A DNA stretch of 64,000 bases from the human T2T-CHM13v2.0 reference genome, Homo sapiens: NCBI RefSeq assembly GCF_009914755.1, contig NC_060942.1. The stretch is one strand, 5' to 3'. Position numbers and translations under genes: made by a program. A model generated the notes under the pieces. The model was not told the DNA's origin, did not search any database, and worked only from the letters and a program-made list of their open reading frames with translations. Below, piece after piece: positions 45,299 through 62,112 of this stretch; positions within the stretch are counted from its first letter, which is position 1; each line of letters begins with the position of its first letter.

Positions 45299-45865
45299 TT
45301 TGAAATAATGGTTTAGAATTAAAAAGACCAGGTTACACATCCCTATTCTACCACTCTGTGTTCTTCTCTAAACTGTTTCCTCATTGGCATAGCGCAGATA
45401 GAAATGCAACTACTTCATAAGCTTCTGGGAAACATTAAATGAATCAATGTGTATAAAAAAGTCTTAGTACATTGTCTGGCAGAACTGATCAATAAATGTT
45501 AACTATTAGAAAAAAAGAGCAGAGAGCTTTGTCTGTGATATTTACCAACATTCCAAGCACCTAAACCCCTACCTAGCACATAACAGGTGCTTAGTAAATA
45601 TTAACCAAATATGTGAATATAAGCACTCTGTTTTCTGTTAGGAACAACTGCATTCAATTCGGGGGTCATCAGAGAGGAGGCTCTGTAAGATTTAGCAATA
45701 AGAGAAGTGAGAGTGAGTTGGGCTTTCAGTCCCCGCCTTGACAGAGAAGAGAGGAAAGGGAGAAACATGGATGATGATACAGTTGTGGAGATGGGCAAGC
45801 TACATTCAGAGGATTGTGACGTGATCAATAGGCCACTCCTGGGGACACTGGGAGACAAGTCATAG

Positions 45866-46180
<315 letters not shown>

Positions 46181-46940
46181 CCAACTATTCTATCTCAACA
46201 TAAATCAAGAGATGGGAGAAGAACATGATTCGGGATGTGCTTCTCTGTTGCTCTACCAGTCATCCCTTCTCACCCATGGGGCTGATGCCAGTGATCACAA
46301 CTTGGGATATTAAACGAGAAGCCATTCCATGAAATCAGTGGAGCAGGTCAGCCACAGACATCAAGCTAACCAGCCAGGTGAAAAACTGCTATCAGCCATT
46401 TTCAAAACTACCACTAATTTTTTAATGTTTGAAAACCAAATTAGGGCTTGACTACCTTTTTTAGTCTGACCACTGTAAGTATATAATTATTTCAACAACC
46501 ATAAAGATTTTACTTTTATTGCTTCTCATAAATAGAAGTTCTGATGTAAATGAAATGACTGACATTCACAAATTTGTAAATTACTACTGACCAGAATATT
46601 TTTAATAGGTTTTTATTTAATCATATTTAGACTTCATTTTAGATTGTACTTTATAACTTAATGCATTTATTTATTCATTTCATTATTGAATACCCACTCT
46701 GTGGCAGGCCCAACCTTGCCTTCAAGTGGCTCATGGACCAGTGAGAGAGACTGACACACAACAGGTAACAGTGTACAGCCTCACTGACGCTCCGATGAGG
46801 TGCCATGGCCTCACCCAGGACACCTAACCCTGACTGGGTAGGGTGTAGGGGCGGCAGTGGGGGTCAGACCTGCTTTCTCAAGGAAGTGATGCCCATCTGG
46901 ATATTTAAGGGTGAGAAAGAGCGCTTTGATATAGTCCAGA

Positions 46941-46943
<3 letters not shown>

Positions 46944-46982
<39 letters not shown>
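46944..46982. repeat. (GT)n microsatellite (~19 units)
   Basis: Direct reading. Confidence 0.95.
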
Positions 46983-46986
<4 letters not shown>

Positions 46987-47057
46987 GTTAAGTCGTTCTG
47001 CCCAGGTTTGCATAATGATCTTTCGCAGTTTAACCCAGAAAGATGTAAAAACATTTG

Positions 47058-47067
47058 CTATTTTTAG
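47058..47067. promoter_or_regulatory. Perfect MEF2 consensus CTATTTTTAG (candidate only)
   Basis: Motif match only; no functional evidence. Confidence 0.3.
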
Positions 47068-47301
47068 CCCATCATATCTGGGCTTTCATAAAACCAGCAC
47101 AAAGCAATTCGATTCAGAAAGAGAACAGTAACCAAAAAATCTAAAAAAATAAGTAAATAAAATAACCACAGGTACCTACTACATCCAACCTAGCATATAC
47201 TATGTTATATATAGTATGCATTTATTTCAGCATTATGGGCTAACTTATTATGCCATATTTTACATAGAGGTGACACTTAGTAAATGTGTTTTTAAACTTA
47301 C

Positions 47302-47364
47302 AGCTGAGGGGCATGGTGGAAGCCCCAGCGTGGAAGCGAGTCTCATCAAACTCTCCCTTATACC
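47302..47364 (-). CDS. MYOM1: MYOM1 exon 8 (63 nt), My2-My3 linker: RYKGEFDETRFHAGASTMPLS
   Basis: ctctag acceptor, gtaagt donor; 119-nt intron to exon 7. Confidence 0.93.
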
Positions 47365-47483
47365 CTAGAGAAGAAAACAGAAACGCATGTGAACTGCTTT
47401 GTGATCGATTTATTTTAAAACCATGGGAAGAAATTTTTAAAAACACACACACACTTTGAAGAAAACAAATCTAGCAAACCTAC

Positions 47484-47572
47484 TTTTTACCACAACTGAA
47501 GCATATGCCGAAAGCTCTCCTTTAACATTCATCGCCGAGGCCCGGTACTGAGCTGTATCTTCAAAATCACAT
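47484..47572 (-). CDS. MYOM1: MYOM1 exon 7 (89 nt), end of Ig My2: CDFEDTAQYRASAMNVKGELSAYASVVVK
   Basis: tttcag acceptor, gtaggt donor; Ig DTAxY...NxxG motif. Confidence 0.95.
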
Positions 47573-49405
47573 CTGAAAGAACAGACGGAAATGAATATCC
47601 ATCGTAGTGACAATCCTTGTAATTACTAGCTGTTCTATCAAGGAACTCTTTGCTATCACAGCCCCCTGCAAATCAGTGGCTAACACATGGCTCTTTGGTT
47701 CTCCTGGTACAGCTATTTGTCTCTGATCTAGCTACCTGTGGGATATTACCTAGTCCAAGTGATCTACTGCAGTTTCATGCCAGCAGCATAGACTGGGGAG
47801 AGAACACCTATAGTTCACTGTGACCCTAGCCTGGGTTCATTTAAAATGTCAAAAAAAAAAGTCAACCAAGTGCTAGGCACATAAATTATAGAGTGAACAG
47901 CATTGTGATCCGCTTACTTGTCTAAAGTTGCATTGGGAGGAGAAAATGTGCAGGCGTGTACCTTTGTAGCAAGTAACTACCCAGAGGCACACTGGAGGGC
48001 GTGGCTTTCCTGCTGTCCTGCCCTTGTGGTGGGTTTCAGTCTGGGGGCAACCAGGAAATAGGGAAGAGAAAGAAGCAGTCCCTCCGTGTAGATTCCCACA
48101 ACCTCCCTGAGCCACGTTGGTCTATGTGTTCTAGCTTCAAAGCTCATCTAAGTTATTTACACTTCATTTCCACTAAGGTTCAGGCCATACTTGGAATTTC
48201 AGCTCACAGCACACAAGAAGCGCCATTTGGATGTTCTTCTAAGTTATAATACAGAAACTGGAATTCTTATAAAAATGGACCATTAGGGAGAGAATGGTTT
48301 CATGGAGAGATGAAGAGGCTAAGGTTTCAAAGCAGGTTGTTTTATGTCTTATCATTACCAGTTTCTCGTGTTCTTCATTGTTTCTCGGGGTTTAGTTTCA
48401 TTTGTGTAAATTTTTTTTCTTGCTGAAATTTTACAGACATCAATAGAACCCCAGCAAGGCAAACACAGTTGCCCTTCTCATAACTACTTAATTTTGAAAG
48501 TAACCACATAGCTCACTGTTGCTTTAGCAGAACCACCCACTGGCAGAACTGACCTGACTTTGGGTCAGGGTCAGTGCCTGGCAAATGGCACAGGGTCCTA
48601 GCATCATTTGGCCAACTCCTCTGATCTGAGGAGAAGGCTATAAGTCTCCTGAGAATGAATGGTATAAATTTCACCTTGACACTTAGGCACATCATGGTTT
48701 TATCTAAACTGAAAATTCTGGGAACTTGTTTAGCTTTTCATTGACCTAATTAGGTTTGAATTTCAAAATCATCTTGGGAGGCAAAATAAACATTTGGGAA
48801 CTTAGGAATTTTGATGTAGGTTTCGTTTTCAAATTTTGCTTTGGATTTTACTTTAAGCTCAAACATCTCAATGTCTAGCCTGCTTCACATACACAGATTG
48901 ACAGAGTGCATACTTTCCCATGGTTCCTGGCAAGCTGAAGGAAAGAACATTATCTCCAAGTTTAGCCCACATTCAATGCCACCTACCCGGATCTCCATGG
49001 CCTTTAGTTATTAAAAACAAGAGACTGTGATGATGATATTGATTTGGGACTCTGAAATGATTACTGAATATAAATGCCTCTTTATGCAACATATTTTTCT
49101 TACTTACATCTAAGAAAAATTCCCAAGTATATAAAAAGATAAATAAAAACATGCAAATTGGTTTTTTTCTCATCATCTTTGACCGAATCCAAATATAAAA
49201 TCACTTTGGGAGGTAGTGTGGGTATGGTAAGGATCAGTCATACATATCACTTTCAGGTGTGCACCCAGAGAAGCACCGTATACGAATGTCCCTCAGTGTG
49301 ATCACACAGCATTGGGATGAAGTGGGGAGAGTGGCTGTTAACTGCAGGGGTGAGAAGCCTCCCTGAGCAATGGTGAGCAACACATGGACACTAATGTTCT
49401 CTTAC

Positions 49406-49498
49406 CCATTAATCTCCAGAGTGTGCATCCCATATCGACTCTCAATAATATACTTTCCAGGGTTTGCATGGACATTTATTGGCACCTGGTTTTTATAC
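49406..49498 (-). CDS. MYOM1: MYOM1 exon 6 (93 nt), middle of Ig My2: YKNQVPINVHANPGKYIIESRYGMHTLEING
   Basis: ttatag acceptor, gtaaga donor; ORF 49402..49644. Confidence 0.95.
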
Positions 49499-49997
49499 CT
49501 ATAACAGAATGGAAACAAAATGAAGTAAGTTGAAGTGTAAACAACTTCATGATTAAACACACACACAATTCTTGTTCTTGCAGGAACATCTGTAAACAGG
49601 GCACTGAGGGTAGCAGCAGCATCGATTAAATAAATGTAAATCATATTGGCTTACGTGAAGTGCACCAGCAATACATCACACTTCTTGATGAAGTGCTTTC
49701 CCCTCCTCTATAAACTTACATGAAAAATGTTGACGATTCACAGCAATATGGCTGAATATCATGTAACATAGTTACCGAAAAAAGCCAGTTACAAAACAGT
49801 GCACAGCAGAATGATTGCTTTTATATAGAATACAAAAACAAAAAACTAATTAATGCTACTAGAAATCAGTAGTGTGTTGGGACGCAAGAAGGAGGCTTCT
49901 TGGGTGTCAATAATGTTTATTGATTTGGGTGTCAGTTACATGGGTGTGTGCAATCTACAAAAATTCACTAAAGCAATTCATTTGTAAAAGTGTGCAG

Positions 49998-50730
<733 letters not shown>

Positions 50731-50807
50731 TTATTGCTGGCTATCTGTGTAGGATGAGAGCAAAACATTCTTCCTGCTAACATTCTTGCATGTTGTTAGA
50801 AGCAATA

Positions 50808-51137
<330 letters not shown>

Positions 51138-51554
51138 GCAATATCATTGTATTGAACGATCATTATATTTAAGTGTTTTATTCAATGTCATAAACAAACA
51201 TGGCTCTTGCCTTGGAAGAATTTATAATATAAATCATGAAAGGAAACTTCTGACAAGTAAGAGCTGAAAGCCTCCCTTTTTCTGACTGTTCCATATCTGG
51301 TTAAGCCTCACAGCCCTCGGAGAGTGGACTACGCAGGCGGGCCTCTCCCTGGGACCCTGTCTTCTGGGTCTGTACGTGGCGCCTGGATTCTTCACCACTT
51401 CCTCATGTTCTCAGTAGCCAGTGGCTATGGTGCTGGACCAGGCTTTTCTACTTAAACCATTTTCTGCCCAAAAGAGGAACTGGGTTTCACTTGTTTCCCT
51501 TTCAGACAGCCCACTTCGCACGCACAGATGACGTCAATAACCCTGATTAACATA

Positions 51555-51770
51555 GCTGACACAGAGAATTGACTATGAGCCAGGCAATGCTCTAAGCGCT
51601 TTATGCATACATTGGTAAGTTCAGTTCTCACAACCACCGTATGAGATAGTGCTGTTTTTAACCTCATTTTCCAGATGAAGAAACCAAGGCATGGGGGTTT
51701 CAGGAACTTGCCCAGTCACACAGCCAGGAACAGCAGAGGAGGGATTTGAACCGGCAGCCTGGCTGCTGAC
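51555..51770 (-). mobile_element. MIR
   Basis: cattttccagatgaagaaaccaaggc...aacttgcccagtcacacagc...ggatttgaacc. Confidence 0.75.
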
Positions 51771-52081
51771 CCACATGATGCTTCCATTTTCCAATTGTTC
51801 TGTCTGCATTTCATTTCTTCAGACTTGTGGACACGATCATAAGGAGGTTTGGGAGTAGGGAACATGATGGAAAGGGAGAGGAAGGAAGAATACTGGCTTC
51901 AGTCAGCTCCTTCCTTTCCCCAGCTCTCTCTCTCACATACACATACACCCCTCCGTCCCTAAAGCACGTTATTCATTTTCTACACTTAAAACAAACAAAC
52001 ACTCTCCTCCATATAACAGAACCCGAACTCATCCTTCAAGATTCAGATCAAATGCAACTTCTTCAATAAACTCTTCCCTAA

Positions 52082-52532
<451 letters not shown>

Positions 52533-53378
52533 TGATCCACATTTACTTCTATTCCTACTCCTGAGGAAGAATGAGTCATGGGCAAACAGCAGGCGCTCAG
52601 AATTGGTTAAATTTGGTTGAACAGAATTAGCACGTAATGCAATAGATTAATTGTAGCTTCATAATTTTTTGTCTGAGAGAACAGAGTTCTGACAAGCATA
52701 TATGTCATGATATGGATGATTTTATTTTAAATAAATAGCGATGAGGTCTCACTATGTTGCTCAAGTTGGTCTCAAATTCCTGGGCTCAAGCGATCCCCCT
52801 GCCTCAGCCTCCCAAAGTTGGATGATTTTAAATAAATGCACACGAAGAAAGTAAGTTGACAGTCTCAGTTCCCTCAGATGTGAAATGGAGAGGGTGGGAC
52901 TGGCTTAAGAATCGCAGCTGTGTGGCAGGTGCAGCAACATAACCTTCTCCAAACACAGAAGACCCTGCAAGTTGATGCAGTGCTATTTCCTGCCAGCAGC
53001 TTCAGACAGCTGTCTCAACATGGCTCGAGCAGACAGGACTATCTGATCAGAGATGGCCTGGAAAAAGAAATCCACTGGCCACTTCTAATCTCCCGCATTC
53101 CCCGTTTAGATGAAGTACAGGGTAGAACATGTTAATTGGCATGCTCTTCTTCTATAATTGGTTTAGGTAATTTCACACTGGACTCAAGCTCACTCTGGCT
53201 CTGCTCTTTCTTGTGCTGGAGGGTTTTCAGTGGTTCCTCTTTGCCTAAGAAAAGCGCTGTGATACCAACGGCTGTGACATGTGCTGTTTGACCAAATGAC
53301 TCAGTGACACTCAATTCGGCTTCGGATCAAAAGTATTGCTCATATCTCTATAAAATTTTCATTACAAAGTATTCTGCA

Positions 53379-53530
53379 GGTCAGCAGTGGCAGTTCATGC
53401 CTGTAATCCCAGAACTTTGGGAGGCTGAAGCAGGAGGATCGTTTGAGGCCAGGAGTTCGAGACCAGCTGGGTAACATGGCAAGACTCCATGACTGTAAAA
53501 AATGAATTTTTAAAAATAAAATAAAAAACT
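53379..53530 (+). mobile_element. FLAM / Alu left monomer
   Basis: Monomer consensus. Confidence 0.7.
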
Positions 53531-54287
53531 ATTTTGCAGCTCCCATAGTTGCTTCACCATCCTTTCTTTCCATTACTACTCAATTTAGCACCCTAATACC
53601 TTTTCCCCAGCTAACAACTTTTCTATTATCACCACATGGCAAGAGAAATGGGTTTAAAATACACACACACCACACATCACTTTGACTGCAGAGCTTGTAG
53701 TCTTTTCTCTGGAGCTCCAGATACCAATGTGAGAAATTCTTCATTTAAAGCGGTGGTCAAGGATTAAGTCAGAAAGGTATTTGATTCTATTCTCCAAAGA
53801 ATTCCACCCAGTGAGGCATTTAGGTTTGCAGTCACTTGAGACTGGCTATCTTTAGCTTTAAGTCAGGGAAGAAAAGAAGGATTTGGGGCCTGTTCTGTAT
53901 ATACTTCACAGCTTGTTATTTCTAGAACATGAAATTCCAAGCTGAGTAGTCATCGGCTAATTTTGGAGGTTAATCCACACCCTGGGATTACATATCAAAA
54001 GCTTTCTTAAATCCCTGTGAATATTCAGATGTATACTATCTCCCTTATCATTTTTATGTAATGTCTATGAATTGCTAATGAGCTTTCAGTATACTATAAG
54101 TTTTTCCAGTGACATTTCCTTTATGTGTGTAAAACACACAATTCTCCCAGACAAATGTCAGTTTGGATGTTGGGCCGAGTTTATAGTATGGGGTCACAGT
54201 AAAAGCTCTTTGGCAGTGTAAAGCATGATCAAGCAAAAGACTTCACAAAAATTATTTTCTACCCACAAATAATGCACACCGAGATGA

Positions 54288-54589
<302 letters not shown>

Positions 54590-55095
54590 AAAGATGATCT
54601 TTAATATACTGAATCTCACCACAAATGAGATTGCTGCTTATAATCCAACCTGTTTTGAGTAAATCACTCTAGACCCACTTTAAAAACTATCTGAGAGAGA
54701 TTGAGAGAGAGAGAGAGATCCCATTGGGATAGATTTTGGAATTAAGTAAATAAGAAAAATCCAAAGTAAAACTCCAAATCCTTATGTTGGAAAACTGTTG
54801 TAAATTGTAAATAATTTGTGTTAACCATTTTAAATATAAGCTGTTTTTTCTATGATAATATGGTAGTAACTGCTAAATTTGAATATGTGATTAATAATTC
54901 TAATCTTGAAAATAAACTCAATGCATGATTCTATTATGAAATTTACAAACCCTCATAATTTGTGAGAATAGAAGAGTTTTCTGAATCTCTGCCTTTGTAA
55001 CTATTTTATTCCTAGGTTTTGAATTATTATAATGGGCTTAATGACACATTTCTTTAAGTATCTATTTGACAACGACCTTTGGGTGAAACTGAATA

Positions 55096-55397
55096 ATTTT
55101 TTTTTTTTTTTTTTTTTGAGACAGGGTCTTGCTCTGTCCCCCAGGCTGTAGCGCAGTGGTGCGATCTCACTCACTGCAACTTCCACCTCCCAGATTCAAG
55201 CAATTCTCCTGCCTCAGCCTCCTGTGTAGCTGGTACTACAGGTTCCTGCCACCACACCCGGCTAATTTTTGTACTTTTAGTACAGATGGAGTTTCACCAT
55301 GTTGGCCAGGCTGGTCTCGAACTCTGGACCTCAGGTAATCCGCCCGACTCGGCCTCCTAAAGAGCTGGGATTACAGGCGTGAGCCCTCGCGCCTGGC
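55096..55397 (-). mobile_element. AluS; TSD tgaaactgaa[tg]aatttt
   Basis: Alu consensus. Confidence 0.9.
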
Positions 55398-55642
55398 TGA
55401 AACTGAAGAATTTTAAACATGTATTATAAATGCTTTGCTTGAGGATCTAGTCCAGTGTCCAACATATAGATATGAAAACATGAGTGCCGAGTGAGTGAAT
55501 GACAGGTACACACTGATACCAACACATTGCTCCAATGAGTTTTCCTGATCTTCCTGCAGGCTACAATCAAGATTTCCATGGACAAATTCAATCTAGGCTT
55601 CAGGCCAGAAACCCAAATGAATCCTGCTCTTTAAAAAGTATG

Positions 55643-55812
55643 CCTGTCATGAGGTGAGGGGAGGGGGAGGGATAGCATTGGGAGATATACCTAATGTAAA
55701 TGACGAGTTGATGGGTGCAGTACACCAACATGGCACATGTATACATATGTAACAAACCTGCACGTTGTGCACATGTACCCTAGAACTTAAAGTATTATAA
55801 TAATAATAAAAA
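55643..55812 (+). mobile_element. 5'-truncated primate L1PA 3' end; TSD taaaaagtat
   Basis: gggagggatagcattgggagatatacctaatg...gtaccctagaacttaaagtat. Confidence 0.9.
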
Positions 55813-56265
55813 GTATACAATTAACACTATTCTCTCCTTTTAAAGAAAACTTTTTCCTTCTCCACTATTTCACATAATGTTTAAAATCTGACTAGGTAAT
55901 ACGTTTACATGGTTCAAGAACCAGAAAGAACTAAGGGTGCACAGTGAACCCTTCCTGGTAACTTCCTAGAACTTTTGTCCCTTTGACAAGGCTCCCCCTC
56001 AGGGTCAATAGCTTTTCTTGGGTTCTTCCATATCCTTCCAGAATTTCATTATGCAAATAAAACAAAAACAAACATAAATGCTTTTTTCTTCCCCCTTTAA
56101 ACAGAAAGACTCTTATTATACAAGTTATTACATAAATGTACCCTATTAAATTTTAAAACTTTAATTTTTTTCACTACATATGTATTTTCCCTTCTATGTC
56201 GACAGAGTCCTCCTGCAGGATGGCCAGCTTCACGGTAGGGGTGCAGCAGCATCCTCTGCAACTAA

Positions 56266-56593
<328 letters not shown>

Positions 56594-57264
56594 TGTAACT
56601 AACTTTTCTACCGAGGCCAGTGCTTAGACAGGCTCCCTGCTGCTGTCAGAGCGAGTTGGGAATAGGACGGTACTGCATCCTGTCTCTGCACCTGACTTTA
56701 ATGAGGGATGTGTGTGCCCTTATTCAGTGCTCTCTGGTAACCTCTAGGTTCCACATGAATAGATTTGGTTAGTAATGTGGGATTGGTTGGAGAGCGGCTG
56801 CTGAGTGCTTGTATCATTTGTTAGGCCTCAGGAACTCCCATGAGTGAAGGTGTCCAGTGGAAACTGGTTGGTTGGTGTCCAGCCAAACCCTCTTTGGAAA
56901 GGGCTCTGCCGGAGACAGGCCCGCCACACGTGCCTTTGAAAGATGTGGCTAAGGACATAACTGCTATGAGTGGAGGCAGTGTGATTATATGAAGCATCAT
57001 CACAAATTTACTCCTTTAATAAACCTGCTGATATTCAGGAAGGGCATTCTCAATATTCCCTTTGTACTTCTCCTCAGTGTCAGGCCCAGGAAGCTGCAAT
57101 TGGATACCAAAAAGGTATAAATGCCAGCAATGTTATCACCAACAATCTTGGTTGTTGCTTGGGCTGCGGGTTCCCAGGTCTTCAAGGGAAAGGCTGCTTA
57201 TTGAAGATTTCATGCTCTGTACCAGTGGTGCAAAGTCAATTAGCACTCCAGTGAATCATTTTTC

Positions 57265-57571
<307 letters not shown>

Positions 57572-57635
57572 AGTTAATGACTTTTTAAAAACATGCCCAG
57601 GAATATATACTAATCCTATCCAGAAGTCAACTCCC

Positions 57636-57808
57636 AGAGGTGGATTTAACTTGAAGCAAATGAAGCTTAAATTTCAGGGTCTCTCACTACCCAAATCCCT
57701 GCAAGACCTTATGTCCTAACTTATACTGCTAATTTATTTATTTAGTTTGTAAAGAGTGCCCTCCAAGTTGTATCAGCTTCATGCCAACAAAACCTGACCC
57801 TGACCCTG
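57636..57808 (+). mobile_element. Short hAT-Tip100-like element (ORSL/Zaphod-type)
   Basis: cagaggtggattta..tgaagc.aatgaagcttaa.tttcagggt start; ...aaaacctg...ccctg end. Confidence 0.45.
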
Positions 57809-59250
57809 TTTACTGCCATTTCCAGTCATCAGTTATCTGCTAACTGATTGTCCAAGTTTCAGCTTTACCCAGGGCAACTCTTGCTCTCAGAAGTATAGTT
57901 AACTATTTTCCTAGTTGTCTCCCAGTTCTTTTTTTGTTTGTTTGTTTTTTTGTTTTTTTAGCTCAGTTACCCAGGCTGGGATGCAGTGGCGAGATCAGAG
58001 CTCACTGAAGCCTTGTTGTTCGTTTGTTTTAATATTTATTTTCCACTTAGCTTGCAAGGCAAGGAGACTGTGAAATGCTCTGGTCTGTCCCTCGTGGGAG
58101 AATGTACGATAAAGAATGAAGTCACTAGGACTGATGCTTTGCACGGGGCTCAAGGGAGTTGTTCTCTCCAAGAGCACTAACGGAGGTGCAGGGACCAGAG
58201 GAGGCTCATCCAGTACTTCTGGAGAGGAAGCTTGTCTCTGTGTCTTCCCTTTTGTTTGAAATGAGCCCCTAGGACATAAACTTCACATGTAAAGGATGCA
58301 GATATTTCAAAGCCACCTGTAAAGGGTTTGGGGATCAACTCTACTGCTTCTTAGCTCTGTTAGTGAGGATCACTGGAAATGGACAGTATTTCTATTTTTG
58401 AATTTAACTGGAATTTGAAGGGTTGACAGTTTGGTCATCTCCTATTTTTCCGGAGAGTTTCCATTCTTTTTGTTTTTGTTTTTAATTACTTTTTTTCCAG
58501 ATCAACAGAGCACAATGTAAGGAGTCTAATCTCTGAAGTTCAGCTCTGCTTTCGTGAAATCACATCACTTTTGCTTAATAACACCATCAGCGGTATGTGG
58601 CCGGGTTTTTATTCCAGTTGCTGTGTACTTAACAGAATAAATAAATGCTTAGGAATTGAATGTTTATCTCCCAGAAGCTACTTTGTATCCTTTTGATAAT
58701 CATCTTAAATTCTAATTTTTTTAAAGTGGGAAAACACAGATAGGAAACTGTGTAATAAACACATTTATTCAACAAAGGCCTCTAATTATTCATTTATTAT
58801 TGATACATTTTAATTCATGAAAGAAGAAATATTTTTACTAATATTTCTTGCAGCCAAAAATTTGTTATTGTTTGTGCATTTCTATAGGAAAGTTTGGAAT
58901 TTTTTTTTTGAGGTGGGAAGTAATTGGTTTTTTAAGAAGAAATGTCCCTTTAACAGGCCAAATTGTGCAACTCTATAGTCACAGAGAAGGGCAGGCAAAG
59001 GCAGAGTGATTGCTAACTTACTTTTCCATTTTAAAGCTTGTAAATTGATTTTTTTAAACTTCATTTTTATAGAAATATGTTTCCACAGTTCTCATCTATA
59101 AATTATTTGCCCTGATAATTCATAGCCAGCTTTGATTTTTATTCTTTGGTTTTCAAACTCAGAAGCCCTGAAAAGAGTTTACATACATAGAAAAATTGTA
59201 AGTAAATCCAAAATCATCAAAGACAGATTAAGATTACAAGTAAAAACTCA

Positions 59251-59595
<345 letters not shown>

Positions 59596-60092
59596 TTAAT
59601 TGGGTTTATCTTGTCAGCTACCTCCACAGTGCTAGGCAGGCATCTGATCAACATTAGAAATAACAGAAAAGAAAGGAGAAGGACGCAGACACTCTGGGTG
59701 ACAGTGACATTCATGTAGTGTTTATATTGCAACCTAAGGTGCATTTACCACCACTCCTGAAAATAAGAAAAAAGCATGCAAATACCTGCACCAGAGAGTA
59801 AAACTGAAATATCTTTTTTAATTGGCTCAATTATTTTCATACTTCTGCCATCTATGGCAGATATTTGTGACATGTGACAGGAAAGTTCTCAGGTTAGGGA
59901 TCAAAAAGTCATTGACAATTGCAATAGGATATATTATGAAGGAGGAAAAAGAGTGCTTATTCTTTATGGAAAGAAAATATCTCATGCCCCATATTGGGTA
60001 ATATCTGCCTTCCAATTCTTTCTTTTGTTTGGTGTCAGAAAACAAATTGATGCAACTTGCTTATGCTCTCTGGTAAAAAAAATAAATAAATA

Positions 60093-60376
60093 AGAAAGGA
60101 AGAAAGAAAGAGAGAAAGAAGGAAGGAAGGAAAGGAAGGAAGGAAGGAGAGAGAGAAAGAAAGAAAGAGAAAGAAAGAAAGAAAGAAAGAGAAAGAAAGA
60201 AGAGAAAAGAAAGAAAGGGAAAGGAAGGAAGGAAGGGAGAGAGAGAAAGAAAGAAAGAGAAAGAAGGAAGGAAAGAAAGAGGAAGATAAAGAAAAAGAAA
60301 GAAAAAAGGAAAAGAGAGAAAGAAAGAAAAAGAAAAGAAAGAAGAAAGAAAAAAAGAAAGAAAGAAAGGAAGAAAG
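60093..60376. repeat. Polypurine (GAAA/GGAA)n tract
   Basis: Direct reading. Confidence 0.95.
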
Positions 60377-60844
60377 GCACATTGAGGCCTCAGCTCACAT
60401 GAGGGGTAGAGATGGGAGTTTTAGTTAAAGGGAGTTTTGTAAAAGGCAGCATTGCTTCTGATCACAAAATCCTGCCATGTTGTGTAAAGTTCATTGCTGG
60501 AAGCTGATTTTTACCTAACTTTTATCATCCGTAAGAGTTATAGACATATATTTGGTATGTTGGTACATATGTTGACTAAAATGCAATACTTCATATAAAA
60601 TAAAGATCCATTTGTATAATAGGATTATAGAGTATTATCATGTAGCGTATATATGCAAGACTGTTTTTTCTTCCCATGCATACAAATTCATCTCAATGCC
60701 TACCCTTCTTCACTCTTTTAAAAACCTATACAATCTTGTAGATGTCTTCATTGACTCTTGCATATGGTTGTTCTGTGTGTTTCCACTAGAGGCGAACTTA
60801 ACTTGGTGTAATGAATTCTGTTAGCTTTCATAAAGATAACATAC

Positions 60845-61002
60845 CACGTGACACGAGGTTCTGGCCAGCCTGCTATGGAGCAATGCAATTTTACATTCTC
60901 CTTCTCCCAAACCGTGTGGGAGCGAGGTTTAATGATAAACTCAGGAGCATGGAGAAGATGGTCTTCATTCAGCTTGGCATGATATGTCTCGGTTTCTTCT
61001 AA
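60845..61002 (-). CDS. MYOM1: MYOM1 exon 5 (158 nt), end of My1 / start of Ig My2: LEETETYHAKLNEDHLLHAPEFIIKPRSHTVWEKENVKLHCSIAGWPEPRVTW
   Basis: tttcag acceptor, gtatgt donor; I-set Ig PxF..C...GxPxPxVxW motif. Confidence 0.95.
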
Positions 61003-61212
61003 CTGAAAAAACAAATATGCAAACAAACATATTACCAAAATACCAATAAATCAAAGTGAATTTTGGTGCTAAAATAACAAGTAGAAGGCAAAAGTTTTAT
61101 TTTTCCATTTGGAAGCTTAATTTTTTGTAGAGAAAATGCACTCCCTTCTCCCTTTTAAGAACAGAGGTAGTTATTTGACATTTAACATTCTAAGCTTAAG
61201 CAACATCTTTGA

Positions 61213-61503
61213 TTTCTTTTTCTTTTTTTTTTTTTTTTTTTTGGCCCGGACTGGAGTGCACTGGTGCAACCTGCATCACTGCAGCCTCTGCCTCCCAGGT
61301 TCATGCGATTCTTGTGCCTCAGCCTCCCGAGTAGCTGGGATTACAGGCATGCACCACCATGCCTGGCTAATTTTTGTATTTTTAGTAGAGATTTTAGGGG
61401 TTTCACCATGTTGGCTAGGCTGGTCTCGAACTCCTGTCCTCAAGTAATTCTCCTGCCTTGGCCTCCCAAAACTGGGATTACAGGTGTGAGCCGCCACACC
61501 TGA
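61213..61503 (-). mobile_element. AluS (3' end partly deleted)
   Basis: Alu consensus. Confidence 0.85.
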
Positions 61504-61686
61504 TCATATTTTACTTCTCCAAGGTGGATTTCTTAAGGCTCTCTAAAATCTTTAATTTTCTTAAAACCTAAAATTCCATGGAGTTTAAAACTATTGTTTG
61601 CTTTCTTTGACCTACATATTAATATTTTAATGTCTTTCTCCTTGTTTTCTTACGTTTTGTTTCTCCAAAAGACCACATATTCTTCA

Positions 61687-62088
<402 letters not shown>

Positions 62089-62112
62089 TTACTTTAAACT
62101 GTCTTTTCTTAC

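Noticed and set aside
59982-60382. F/L/S-rich 115-132 aa ORFs resembling membrane proteins
   Set aside because: Artefact of the (GAAA)n tract
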